Shown here: positions 36,352 to 45,007 of the stretch, piece by piece | How positions within the stretch are numbered: the first letter of the stretch is position 1 | Layout of the letters: each line of letters begins with the position of its first letter | DNA from: Vicinamibacterales bacterium | Lineage (GTDB): Bacteria; Acidobacteriota; Vicinamibacteria; Vicinamibacterales; UBA2999 | Direction of reading: 5' to 3' | NCBI GenBank assembly: GCA_035495795.1 | Contig: DATJFF010000080.1 | Location: 875-64,874 of the forward strand | DNA: 64,000 bases | Notes under the pieces: model-generated | The model's input: the letters and a program-made list of their open reading frames with translations, nothing else | Told to the model about the DNA's origin: nothing | Databases searched by the model: none | Made by a program: the position numbers and the translations under genes

Positions 36352-39015
36352 ATGAAGAAGCTTCTCAGATCGTGGCTGTGGCACGTGCCCGTGGACCGCG
36401 AGGTCCAGGAGGAGCTCGCCCACCACACCGAGCTCCGGGCCCGCGAGCTCGCGGAACAGGGCATGGAGCCGGCCGCCGCCCGTGCCGAGGCCGAGCGGCG
36501 TCTGGGCGATCGTGCGGCCCTGGCGAAACGCCTCCAGCATCTCGGCGAAGAGCGCGACCGGGCCCGCCGGCGCGCCCAGTGGCTCTCGGATCTCCGGCTC
36601 GATCTCGGCGTGGCGATTCGGCATGCGCGCCGGAATCCGGGTTTCACCGCCGGCGTGGTGTTGACGCTGGCGCTCGGACTCGGCGCGACCACCAGCATCT
36701 TCAGCGTCGTGCACGCAGTGGTCCTGGCGCCTTTCCCCTACGCGGCGCCGGAACGCGTGCTCTCGGTTTACACGACGTGGAAGGGCAGCAACGGTGGCAC
36801 CTCGGCCGGCAACTTCGACTACCTGCGACAGCGCGTGACCACCATCGCGCCACTCTCGGCGGCGGCTTTTTCGAGCTTCAACCTCGCCGGCGACGATCAG
36901 CCGGAGCGGATCCTCGGACTGCGCGCCACTGCAAGCTGGTTCGATGTGTTCGAGATTCCGCCGCTCATCGGCCGGACCTTCACGGCCACCGAGGATCAGC
37001 CGGGGCACGAGCACGTCGCAGTGCTCAGTCACGGACTGTGGAAGCGGCGCTTCGGTGGACGCGCAGACGCGATCGGCGCGACGCTGCGCCTCAACAACGA
37101 GCCGTACACGGTGATCGGCGTGATGCCTCCGGCCTTCGCGTCTATCACCGACGAGGCGAGCGTCATCCTGCCAATCGCGTTCACGCCCGAGCGGCTGGCG
37201 ATGTACGACGAGCACTATCTCGAGATGTACGGGCGCCGGCGTCCGGACGTGAGCCAGGCCCAGGTCAACGACGAACTGGCGCGGGTCGCCGCGGACCTCC
37301 GCCGCGATCATCCGGAGCAGAACGTGGATCGCAGCGCCACCAGCGAACGCCTCGACGAGGCCATCGTCGGCGACTTCCGGCTGCGCCTGGTGGTGCTGCT
37401 CCTGGCGGTGTCGATGGTGCTCGTGATCGCCTGCGGCAACGCCGCGCACCTCCTTCTGGCCAGGCTGGCGGCGCGGTCGCGCGAACTCTCGATCCGAGCC
37501 GCGCTCGGCGCCGGCCGCGGACGGATCGTCCGACAGGTGCTGGCCGAGAGCCTGGTGCTGGCACTGCTCGGCGGCATCGCCGGGGTGGTCGCCGCGTGGT
37601 GGGCCCTGCCCGCTCTGATTGCGGCGGCCCCGGACGGCGTGCCGCGGCTGGCCGATGCGTCGCTGAACGGGCGGGTCCTGTTCGTCGCGGTGCTGCTGGC
37701 AATCGCGAGCGCAGTCATTGTCGGCGTCCTCCCGTCATGGTCGGCGACGAACCGCAACCTGCGCCAGGATCTCGGCGACGGAAAAGGGACGGTCTCGGGC
37801 ACGCTGGTGCCATGGCTCCGCCAGGCGTTGATTGCGGCGCAGGCAGCGATCGTGGTGATCGTCCTCGCCGGGGCGGCCCTCCTGATCCGCAGCGCGATCA
37901 ATCTGCAGGAGGTGCCGCTCGGGTTCGACACGACCGGCGTGTTGCGGGCGCGCGTTGGGCTGCAGGGCGATCGCTTCCGCTCATCCGAGGCGGTCAAGAA
38001 CGCGTTCGCGTCGCTCGAAGCGCGGTTATCGGCATCGCCAGGGGTTTCCGTGTCGGCGCTCGACTCGCAGGCACCGCTGGTCGGCAGCAACGGCTCGAAC
38101 GGATTGATACCGGAGGGTCGTCCGATCGACATGGCGAGCATCATCAACAGCCGAAGCCACTTCGTCACCCCGGGCTACTTCAGGCTCCTGCGTCAGCCGC
38201 TCCGCGCCGGCCGCGAGTTCGCGGCGGCCGACCTGCGCTCCGCGCCGCTGGTGATGATCATCAACGAGACGCTGGCCCGGCAGGCGTTCGGCACCCTCGA
38301 TCCGATCGGCCGCCGGATCTCGTGTTGCGAGGGCAAGCCGGGAGAACCGTCCTGGAAGATCGTCGTCGGCGTAGTCGGCGACGTGCGGTCGCGCGGGCCC
38401 GCTCAGGATCCGCTGCCGGAGTTCTACCTGCCGCTCGCCCAGATCCCCGAGGTCGCATGGTCGTGGATCAACAACACCCTGGACGTTATGGTCCGTGCTG
38501 CCGAGGGTGATCCGATCGCGCTGGCCGGCACGATTCGGAGCGCTGTCGCTGAGCTCGATCCGACGCTGCCGGTCTACGCGATTCGAACCATGGACGAGGG
38601 GCTGCGCCGCAGCACGGCGCAAGCGCGTTTCAACACGGTGCTGATGACGCTGCTGGCCTTGACCGGGCTGATCCTCGCGGCGCTTGGCATCTACAGTCTC
38701 ATCGCCTGGCTCGTCGCCCAGCGAACGCGTGAGATCGGCGTCCGGATGGCACTCGGCGCCGCGCCCTCCCGGGTCGTCCGCCAGGTGGTAGCGCACGGCC
38801 TGCGGCCCTTCGTTGTCGGGCTGCTGAGTGGTGTCGCGGCTGCGATGGCCACCGGCCGGCTGCTGCAAGGTCAGCTATTCATGGTCGGCCCTCGCGACCC
38901 GGCCACTCTCATGGTCGTCGTCGCAGTGTTGCTCGTCGTCGCTGCGCTGGCCGCCCTCGTGCCCGCCCGCCGCGCGACGAGAATCGACCCCGCCCAAGCT
39001 CTGCACGAGGCATGA
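36352..39015 (+). CDS. ADOP-family duplicated FtsX/MacB-like permease (PadR-associated)
   Basis: 887 aa, starts 5 nt after the PadR stop; N-terminal helical extension, then RHARRNPGFTAGVVLTLALGLGATTSIFSVV and two FtsX modules. Confidence 0.9.
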   Translation: MKKLLRSWLWHVPVDREVQEELAHHTELRARELAEQGMEPAAARAEAERRLGDRAALAKRLQHLGEERDRARRRAQWLSDLRLDLGVAIRHARRNPGFTAGVVLTLALGLGATTSIFSVVHAVVLAPFPYAAPERVLSVYTTWKGSNGGTSAGNFDYLRQRVTTIAPLSAAAFSSFNLAGDDQPERILGLRATASWFDVFEIPPLIGRTFTATEDQPGHEHVAVLSHGLWKRRFGGRADAIGATLRLNNEPYTVIGVMPPAFASITDEASVILPIAFTPERLAMYDEHYLEMYGRRRPDVSQAQVNDELARVAADLRRDHPEQNVDRSATSERLDEAIVGDFRLRLVVLLLAVSMVLVIACGNAAHLLLARLAARSRELSIRAALGAGRGRIVRQVLAESLVLALLGGIAGVVAAWWALPALIAAAPDGVPRLADASLNGRVLFVAVLLAIASAVIVGVLPSWSATNRNLRQDLGDGKGTVSGTLVPWLRQALIAAQAAIVVIVLAGAALLIRSAINLQEVPLGFDTTGVLRARVGLQGDRFRSSEAVKNAFASLEARLSASPGVSVSALDSQAPLVGSNGSNGLIPEGRPIDMASIINSRSHFVTPGYFRLLRQPLRAGREFAAADLRSAPLVMIINETLARQAFGTLDPIGRRISCCEGKPGEPSWKIVVGVVGDVRSRGPAQDPLPEFYLPLAQIPEVAWSWINNTLDVMVRAAEGDPIALAGTIRSAVAELDPTLPVYAIRTMDEGLRRSTAQARFNTVLMTLLALTGLILAALGIYSLIAWLVAQRTREIGVRMALGAAPSRVVRQVVAHGLRPFVVGLLSGVAAAMATGRLLQGQLFMVGPRDPATLMVVVAVLLVVAALAALVPARRATRIDPAQALHEA

Positions 39016-39018
39016 CGA

Positions 39019-39088
39019 GCGGGTGCGACGGGTGCGACGGGTGCCGCATGTGCGACGGGTGCGGTGCGACAAGTCCGACGGGTGCGCC
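39019..39088 (+). repeat. degenerate tandem nonamer array GGGTGCGAC, about 7 units
   Basis: gcgggtgcgacgggtgcgacgggtgccgcatgtgcgacgggtgcggtgcgacaagtccgacgggtgcgcc immediately after the ADOP stop codon. Confidence 0.85.
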
Positions 39089-39184
39089 GCCCTTGCTCTG
39101 TCGCCCCGCACGTGCCGCACTAGGCGCACCGGCTTCTACGACCCTTGGTAGTAGTCGAGCGCGCCCGGTACACTTCGCCGCACC

Positions 39185-39904
39185 GTGTCAGCTGGTTCGG
39201 TCGAGGTTCGCCACCTGGCGAAGGCGTACGGTTCCGTACGCGCGCTGGCGGACGTGTCCCTCACAATCCGCGGTGGCGAAGTCCTCGGCCTGATCGGGCC
39301 TAATGGGGCCGGGAAGACCACGCTTTTCGAGTGCCTTGCCGGGCAGCTGCCGGCCGACGGGGGCGAAGTCCTCCGGAATGGACACCGCCTGAGTCCGCTG
39401 GAACGCGCCGAATTGCTCTTCTACCTGCCAGATGCCATCACGCCCTGGCCGTCTGAAACGCTGGCCTGGTGTCTGGACTTCGCGGACGGCTATTTCGGGG
39501 CGACTCCCGGCCGCCGCGACCAGGTCATCGAGGAGCTGCAGCTCGAACCACTGCTGCGCGTTCGCATGGGCGCGCTCTCGAAGGGACAGCGGAAGCGGGC
39601 CGTACTCGCCATCGGATGGATCGCGCCGCAGCCGCTGCTGCTCGTGGACGAGCCGTTCGATGGGCTCGATCTTCGGCAGACCCGGGAGGTCGGCGACGCC
39701 CTGCAGCGCCATGCGGCCGCCGGCCGCACGCTCTTCCTCTCGATTCATCAAATCGGCGATGCCGCCCGCGTGTGCGATCGCTTCGTGCTGCTGAGCGGCG
39801 GCCGGGTCCGCGGTCACGGTACGCGTCACGAGCTCTGCGCGCAGGCCGGTGACATCGGGGCGGCCGCATCCGACCTCGAGGAGGCGGTGCTTGCGCTCAC
39901 GTAA
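39185..39904 (+). CDS. ABC transporter ATP-binding protein
   Basis: Walker A GPNGAGKTTL, signature LSKGQRKR, Walker B LLLVDEPFDGLD; GTG start. Confidence 0.85.
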   Translation: MSAGSVEVRHLAKAYGSVRALADVSLTIRGGEVLGLIGPNGAGKTTLFECLAGQLPADGGEVLRNGHRLSPLERAELLFYLPDAITPWPSETLAWCLDFADGYFGATPGRRDQVIEELQLEPLLRVRMGALSKGQRKRAVLAIGWIAPQPLLLVDEPFDGLDLRQTREVGDALQRHAAAGRTLFLSIHQIGDAARVCDRFVLLSGGRVRGHGTRHELCAQAGDIGAAASDLEEAVLALT

Positions 39905-41213
39905 CGCCGTCGTCTGGCTCCTCGTGAAGGACTGGCGCGAGCTGCTCGCGTCGCGGGCCTGGTGGCTGATGCTCGCGCTCATCGGTCCGCTGGTCGGCAT
40001 CTCGTTCATCAGCGCCGTGCGGACCTACGCGGAGCTGAGCGCGGCCGGAGGCACCGGATCCGGTGTCGGCGAGGCGTTCTCGCCGCTGGTTGGCATCTGG
40101 GCGCCTACCTTCAGCGCCTGCGAGCTGGCGGCCGCGTTCCTGCTCCCGTTCGTCGCTATCCGCGTCGTCGCCGGCGACCGCCAAAGCGGCGCCCTCAAGC
40201 TCGAACTGCAGCATTGGTTGCCGCCGTGGGTGCGCGTGGTCTCGAAGGCCACGGTCCTGCTGGCGGCGTGGATTGTCGCCTCCGCTGCGCCGCTTCTCGC
40301 CGTACTGCTCTGGCGGTCGTATGGCGGCACGGTCTACGGCCCGGAGCTGGCCAGCGTCTTCCTCGGCCATCTCCTCAACGCCGGGCTCACCATCTCGCTG
40401 GCGGCTGCCGCGGCGATGATGGCCGACCACCCGGCAACCGCGGCCATTCTCACGCTCGCGGTCACCGTCGGTACGTGGGTGCTGGCCTTTGTCGCCGCGG
40501 TGCACGGCGGTATCTGGGAGCAAGCGGCCCAGTTCACGCCGACCGCGATGGTCGCGGAGTTCCAGCACGGGCTCATTCGCCTCGACGCAACGCTGATCGC
40601 TGCCATCCTCATCGCCGCCGGGCTCGCGCTGGCCGCCATCTGGACGCAAATCGGAGTGCCGGAGCGGATCCGGGCGCTCCACTCCACCGGCGTCCTGGTT
40701 GTCGCCGCGCTGCTGATCGTCGTCTGCGCGACGATGCGCGGGAGCTGGGACGTGTCCGAGAATCGGATGAATTCCTTCCCGGTGTCCGATGAGGCGGCGC
40801 TCGAGCGAATCGCGGCGCCGCTGAAGATCGAGGCGCATCTCGCGCCGGAAGATCCGCGCCGATCGGATCTCGAGCGCCGGACCTTGTCCAAGCTGCGGCG
40901 GGTGCTGCCCAACCTGGACGTCGCCTACGCCTCGGAGAGCTCGACCGGCCTCTTCGAACAGGCGCGCGAGGACTACGGCGAGATTCGTTATTCGCTCGAC
41001 GGCCGGACGGCGACGAGCCGCGCGACAACCGTCGAAGGCGTGCTCGACACGATCTACGACCTGGCCGGCGTGGCGCCGGCTTCGGACGAAGACGAGGGCT
41101 TCCGCGGGCATCCGTTGAACACGGAACCCTACGGCGCCGCTCAGTTGTTCTACCTCGCCTGGCCCGCGGCAATTGCCGCGGCCGCATTGGCTCATGCAAG
41201 GAGGCAGTCGTGA
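39849..41213 (+). CDS. ABC-2-type membrane permease fused to a GldG-like extracytoplasmic segment
   Basis: About 270 aa with six hydrophobic helices, then a soluble C-terminal region (VSENRMNSFPVSDEAALERIAAPLKIEAHLAPEDPRRSDLE...) resembling the N-terminal part of GldG-type ABC accessory proteins; true start may be TTG 39891 (GAGGAGG upstream) rather than GTG 39849. Confidence 0.6.
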   Translation: MTSGRPHPTSRRRCLRSRNAVVWLLVKDWRELLASRAWWLMLALIGPLVGISFISAVRTYAELSAAGGTGSGVGEAFSPLVGIWAPTFSACELAAAFLLPFVAIRVVAGDRQSGALKLELQHWLPPWVRVVSKATVLLAAWIVASAAPLLAVLLWRSYGGTVYGPELASVFLGHLLNAGLTISLAAAAAMMADHPATAAILTLAVTVGTWVLAFVAAVHGGIWEQAAQFTPTAMVAEFQHGLIRLDATLIAAILIAAGLALAAIWTQIGVPERIRALHSTGVLVVAALLIVVCATMRGSWDVSENRMNSFPVSDEAALERIAAPLKIEAHLAPEDPRRSDLERRTLSKLRRVLPNLDVAYASESSTGLFEQAREDYGEIRYSLDGRTATSRATTVEGVLDTIYDLAGVAPASDEDEGFRGHPLNTEPYGAAQLFYLAWPAAIAAAALAHARRQS

Positions 41214-42007
41214 AGGTTCAGCGGTGGACGGTGGCGATCGGACTCATGGTGGGAACGGGATTGATGGTCGCGGCGGCGCCGCAGAAGATCGATCTCTCCA
41301 AGGAGCGCGCCGGACGTGCGCCGGACACCTTCGAGCCGATCGTCGGCTCGTGGGTGATTGCGCAGGACGGCGGCGACAACGTCGTGATGGTGGACGGACG
41401 GCCGTGGGTCGCGAGCAAGGACAACCCGACCAAGCTGCTCGTCCAGAGCGCGCGCAAGCTGTATGGCACGTCCAACGAGGAGCTGATGGACAACGCCAAG
41501 CAGTTCGCCTACTACCCGGTGGCGCTGCTGCGCAGCGTCCAGACGTTCTCGAACGGCACGATCAGCGTGAAGTTCAAGACCGTCGCCGGTGACGCCGATC
41601 GCGCCTCCGGCATTCTCTTCAACGTCAAGCCGAACGGCGACTGGCTGGCGATCCGCTACAACGACACCGAGAACAACGTTGCGCTCTGGGAGTTCCACAA
41701 CGGGATGCGGCGGCCGATCAAGTTCAGCGATCGCACCAAGCCGTTCATGCTCGATCGCGCCGCCTATCACGAGCTGAAGATGACGGTGGACGGCACGAAG
41801 TTCAACGCCTGGGTCGACGGCGTCGAGGCGCTGGACTACACGCTCGGCAGCGAGCCCGGACCGGGACGCAACGGCGCCGCGCCGCACCCCGACATGTTCC
41901 CCGCCAACAACCCGGTGCTGCGGCCGCCGGTCTCCGGCCGCATCGGGCTGTGGGCCAAGACCGACAGCACCAGCTACTTCAAGGACTACATCGTCGAGGC
42001 GAAGTGA
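41210..42007 (+). CDS. DUF1080 (3-keto-disaccharide hydrolase / LamG-like jelly-roll) exported protein
   Basis: GTG start preceded by AAGGAGG, 4-nt overlap with the permease stop; signal peptide; SVKFKTVAGDADRASGILFNVKPNGDWLAIRYND ... HELKMTVDGTKFNAWVDG. Confidence 0.65.
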   Translation: MKVQRWTVAIGLMVGTGLMVAAAPQKIDLSKERAGRAPDTFEPIVGSWVIAQDGGDNVVMVDGRPWVASKDNPTKLLVQSARKLYGTSNEELMDNAKQFAYYPVALLRSVQTFSNGTISVKFKTVAGDADRASGILFNVKPNGDWLAIRYNDTENNVALWEFHNGMRRPIKFSDRTKPFMLDRAAYHELKMTVDGTKFNAWVDGVEALDYTLGSEPGPGRNGAAPHPDMFPANNPVLRPPVSGRIGLWAKTDSTSYFKDYIVEAK

Positions 42008-42009
42008 TC

Positions 42010-45003
42010 ATGAACGGACGTTCCTCACCCGCGCGGTTTGCTGCCGCACTGATCGTGTTCTCCGCCCTGGCCGGGGCTGCGATCGGGGCCCAATCGCCAA
42101 GTACGGCGGGCCTCGTGGTGCTGGTCGTCGACCAGAGCGGCGGGGTCGTCAGCGACGCCGCGGTGACCATCACCAATGCGGCCACCGGCGCCACGCGCGA
42201 AGCGTCGTCCGGTCCGGACGGCGTGGTGACGGCCCCGGCTCTGTCGCTCACCGGCACCTACACCGTGCACGTCACCAAGACCGGCTTCACCGCCGAAGAC
42301 GCCAACGATCTCGCCCTGCGCAATGGCGAGACAGCCACGGTAAAGGTCACGCTGAGGGCCAGCGGCGGCCAGACCGCAGTGGTCGTCTACGGCACCAACC
42401 AGGGCGTCCGCGCCGACGCGCAGATCGGCCGGCGCCTCGAGAGCGAGACCATCGACGAGATTCCAATCCTCGGTCGCAAGGTCACGACGGTGCCGCTCTT
42501 CAACTCGGCGTTCCGCCAGGGCAAGGGGACGGGCGACCTCTTCGTGAACGCCACCTACTTCATCACCGCGTCGGGCAGCCGCCGGACGACCACCTACATG
42601 CTCGACGGCGCAAGCAACGACGAGGCGTGGGGCCGGCAGACGATGCAGGCGACGGTGCCGGTTGGCGCGGTCCAGGAGATCTCGGTGCTGGCCAATGCGT
42701 TCTCGTCCGAGTACGGCTGGACCGCAGGACCGGCGATGAACATCGTCACCAAGACCGGCACGAACGCGATGAGCGGCGAGGTCCTGTACCTCGGGCGGCC
42801 GGCGGGCTCCCAGGCGACCTCGTTCTCGACCGACGGCTTCTGTCCGCCCTCAGTACCAAGCTGCACCACGCCCGGCACGCTGAACGCGATCAATCCGGCC
42901 GATACTCCCGACGAGCTCAGCCAGATCTCCGGAACAATCGGCGGTCCGGTGGTCAAGGACAAGACCTTCTTCTTCGCCAGCGCGGACTACACGCACCAGG
43001 ATCGGACGACGTACCTGTCGCCCACGCTTCCCTCCTTCGTGCTTCCCTCAGACGGCAGCCTGAGCTACGTCGGCAACTACCGCCAGAAGCTCCTGAACGC
43101 GCGCGTCGATCACAAGCTCACGCCGACCCAGACGTTGATGGGCCGGTTCAACTACGACCACTTCTTCGACACCAACCCCAACGACGCCGTGGTCGGTACC
43201 AGCGCCCCGACCGTCGCCCGCCGTTACACGCGAGGAGCGTGGACAACCCAACTCAATCACACGACAGTGCTGGGACCGACGCTGCTCAACGAGGCCCGGT
43301 TCGGCTATCTGCATGGAGGCCCCGTCACGTTGTGGGAGCCGCAGGAGCTGTCCACGACCTACACGCGTGCGGGGTCGGTGCCGTTCACGATCGGCGAATC
43401 GCGGTCGTCGGACATCTACGGCCGCCAGTGGCAGTTTGCCGACACGATCTCGTGGTCGAAGGGTATCCACACGCTGCGGATGGGCGGGAGCATCGTCCAT
43501 CACACCTCCGGCGGTACCGGCAGCGAACCGGGCCAGGCGGTGCTTGGCACCTTCACGTTCCTCAGCACTTCGACCGCCCCGTTCGAGCAGCTGACGCTGG
43601 CCGACGTGCAGCAGTACTCGGAGCCGGTCAGCTACGGCATCACCAGCTACGAGCTGAAGCAGTGGATGTCGGTGGCGTTCGTGCAGGACAGCATTCGCCT
43701 GCACGACGACCTCACCATCGACGCGGGCCTCCGTTACGACCGGCAGACGCTGACCGACGCGACCACCAACTTCGCGCCACGTGTTGGATTCGGCTGGCAC
43801 CCCAACGGCGACGCCCGTCTGGCGATCCGCGGCGGCTATGGGATGTACTACACGCAGGTTCGTGCCAACGCGCTCGCCAGCGCCCTGACCGGCGGCCTCG
43901 ACGGTATCGTCACCTACACGGCCAACCCAGGACAGACCGGGTTCCCGACCTGCCTGACCTGCGTCCCGCTGGCCCTCGACCCCCGCACGCTGCCGGTCTC
44001 GCAGCAGCCGGCCCGCAACATCACCGTCCGCGCCGGGCAGCGCGATTTCTACGAGCAGCAGTTTGCCAGCTATGGCCTGAACTTCGACCTGCTGCCGAAC
44101 TATCCCGACGAGTTCGTGAACCCGCGCAGCCAGGTCGTCTCGATCGGCGCCGAGCGAGAAGTGATCCGCGGGCTGTTCGCCGGTGCGGACTACGTCCACC
44201 AGCACTGGACCAACCTCGATCGGACGGTGGACCTGAATGCGCCCACCCCGTTCGATCGCACCTCAACCGGGCAGACGCGGAGCGTCGCCGCGGCAAATGC
44301 CACCCGTCCGATCCTGCCGGTCAACGGCGGCGTGCGCTCGGTCAACGTGCTGATGAACCTCGGCGTCGCCGACTACGACGGCCTGCAGACGCAGATCAGC
44401 TATCGCGGCAACCCGAAGATGTACGCGAACGTCAGCTACACGCTGTCGAAGGCAACCAACACCACTGAGCCGGACGGCAACGGCATCGCGCCGACCGAGT
44501 CGAACATTTCGCAGCTCGGCGAGCAGGAGCGCGGCCCGAGCGTCGTGGATCAGCGTCACCGCGCCGTGATCTCGTTCTGGTACGCGCTGCCGTTCAACCT
44601 CACGGCCGGCACCGTGACGCAGCTGGCTTCGGCGCGGCCGTTCAACTCGACGACCGGCATCGACAACAACGGTGACGGCGCCAACAACGATCGGCCGGTG
44701 GTCAACGGCGCCGTCATCTCCAAGTCGGCGTTCCGCGGCACCGGGACGCAGGACGTATCCGTGTTCGCGGAGGAGCGTCTGCGTTTCGGGAAGCGGACGG
44801 TTCTCCTCCGCGCCGAAGTATTCAATCTCTTCAACCACGGGAACATTCTCGGCCGCGCGCAGACGGTCTACGGCGATACCGATGTGATCAACCCGACGTT
44901 CGGGCAAGTGGTGGCAGCGGGCACGGCGACCAACGCGCTGCCGTCACTCGCCAACATCGACCCGCCCCGGATGCTTCAACTCCAGGTGCGGTTCCAGTTC
45001 TAA
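42010..45003 (+). CDS. CarboxypepD_reg-domain TonB-dependent-receptor-like outer-membrane barrel
   Basis: ATG 2 nt after the previous stop; signal peptide; N-terminal GLVVLVVDQSGGVVSDAAVTITNAATGATREASSGPDGVV; about 1000 aa beta-rich; C-terminal ...QLQVRFQF ending in Phe. Confidence 0.8.
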   Translation: MNGRSSPARFAAALIVFSALAGAAIGAQSPSTAGLVVLVVDQSGGVVSDAAVTITNAATGATREASSGPDGVVTAPALSLTGTYTVHVTKTGFTAEDANDLALRNGETATVKVTLRASGGQTAVVVYGTNQGVRADAQIGRRLESETIDEIPILGRKVTTVPLFNSAFRQGKGTGDLFVNATYFITASGSRRTTTYMLDGASNDEAWGRQTMQATVPVGAVQEISVLANAFSSEYGWTAGPAMNIVTKTGTNAMSGEVLYLGRPAGSQATSFSTDGFCPPSVPSCTTPGTLNAINPADTPDELSQISGTIGGPVVKDKTFFFASADYTHQDRTTYLSPTLPSFVLPSDGSLSYVGNYRQKLLNARVDHKLTPTQTLMGRFNYDHFFDTNPNDAVVGTSAPTVARRYTRGAWTTQLNHTTVLGPTLLNEARFGYLHGGPVTLWEPQELSTTYTRAGSVPFTIGESRSSDIYGRQWQFADTISWSKGIHTLRMGGSIVHHTSGGTGSEPGQAVLGTFTFLSTSTAPFEQLTLADVQQYSEPVSYGITSYELKQWMSVAFVQDSIRLHDDLTIDAGLRYDRQTLTDATTNFAPRVGFGWHPNGDARLAIRGGYGMYYTQVRANALASALTGGLDGIVTYTANPGQTGFPTCLTCVPLALDPRTLPVSQQPARNITVRAGQRDFYEQQFASYGLNFDLLPNYPDEFVNPRSQVVSIGAEREVIRGLFAGADYVHQHWTNLDRTVDLNAPTPFDRTSTGQTRSVAAANATRPILPVNGGVRSVNVLMNLGVADYDGLQTQISYRGNPKMYANVSYTLSKATNTTEPDGNGIAPTESNISQLGEQERGPSVVDQRHRAVISFWYALPFNLTAGTVTQLASARPFNSTTGIDNNGDGANNDRPVVNGAVISKSAFRGTGTQDVSVFAEERLRFGKRTVLLRAEVFNLFNHGNILGRAQTVYGDTDVINPTFGQVVAAGTATNALPSLANIDPPRMLQLQVRFQF

Positions 45004-45007
45004 CTGA

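Noticed and set aside
36372-38510. 712-aa plus-strand ORF in an alternative frame of the ADOP permease gene
   Set aside because: Extremely Arg/Pro/Gly/Ala-rich with no hydrophobic structure; an off-frame artefact of high GC. The same reasoning applies to other long shadow ORFs (for example 422..1891, 21483..22622, 27046..28185, 39897..41195, 43048..44205, 45659..47746, 54636..56729, 58389..60002, 58919..60595).
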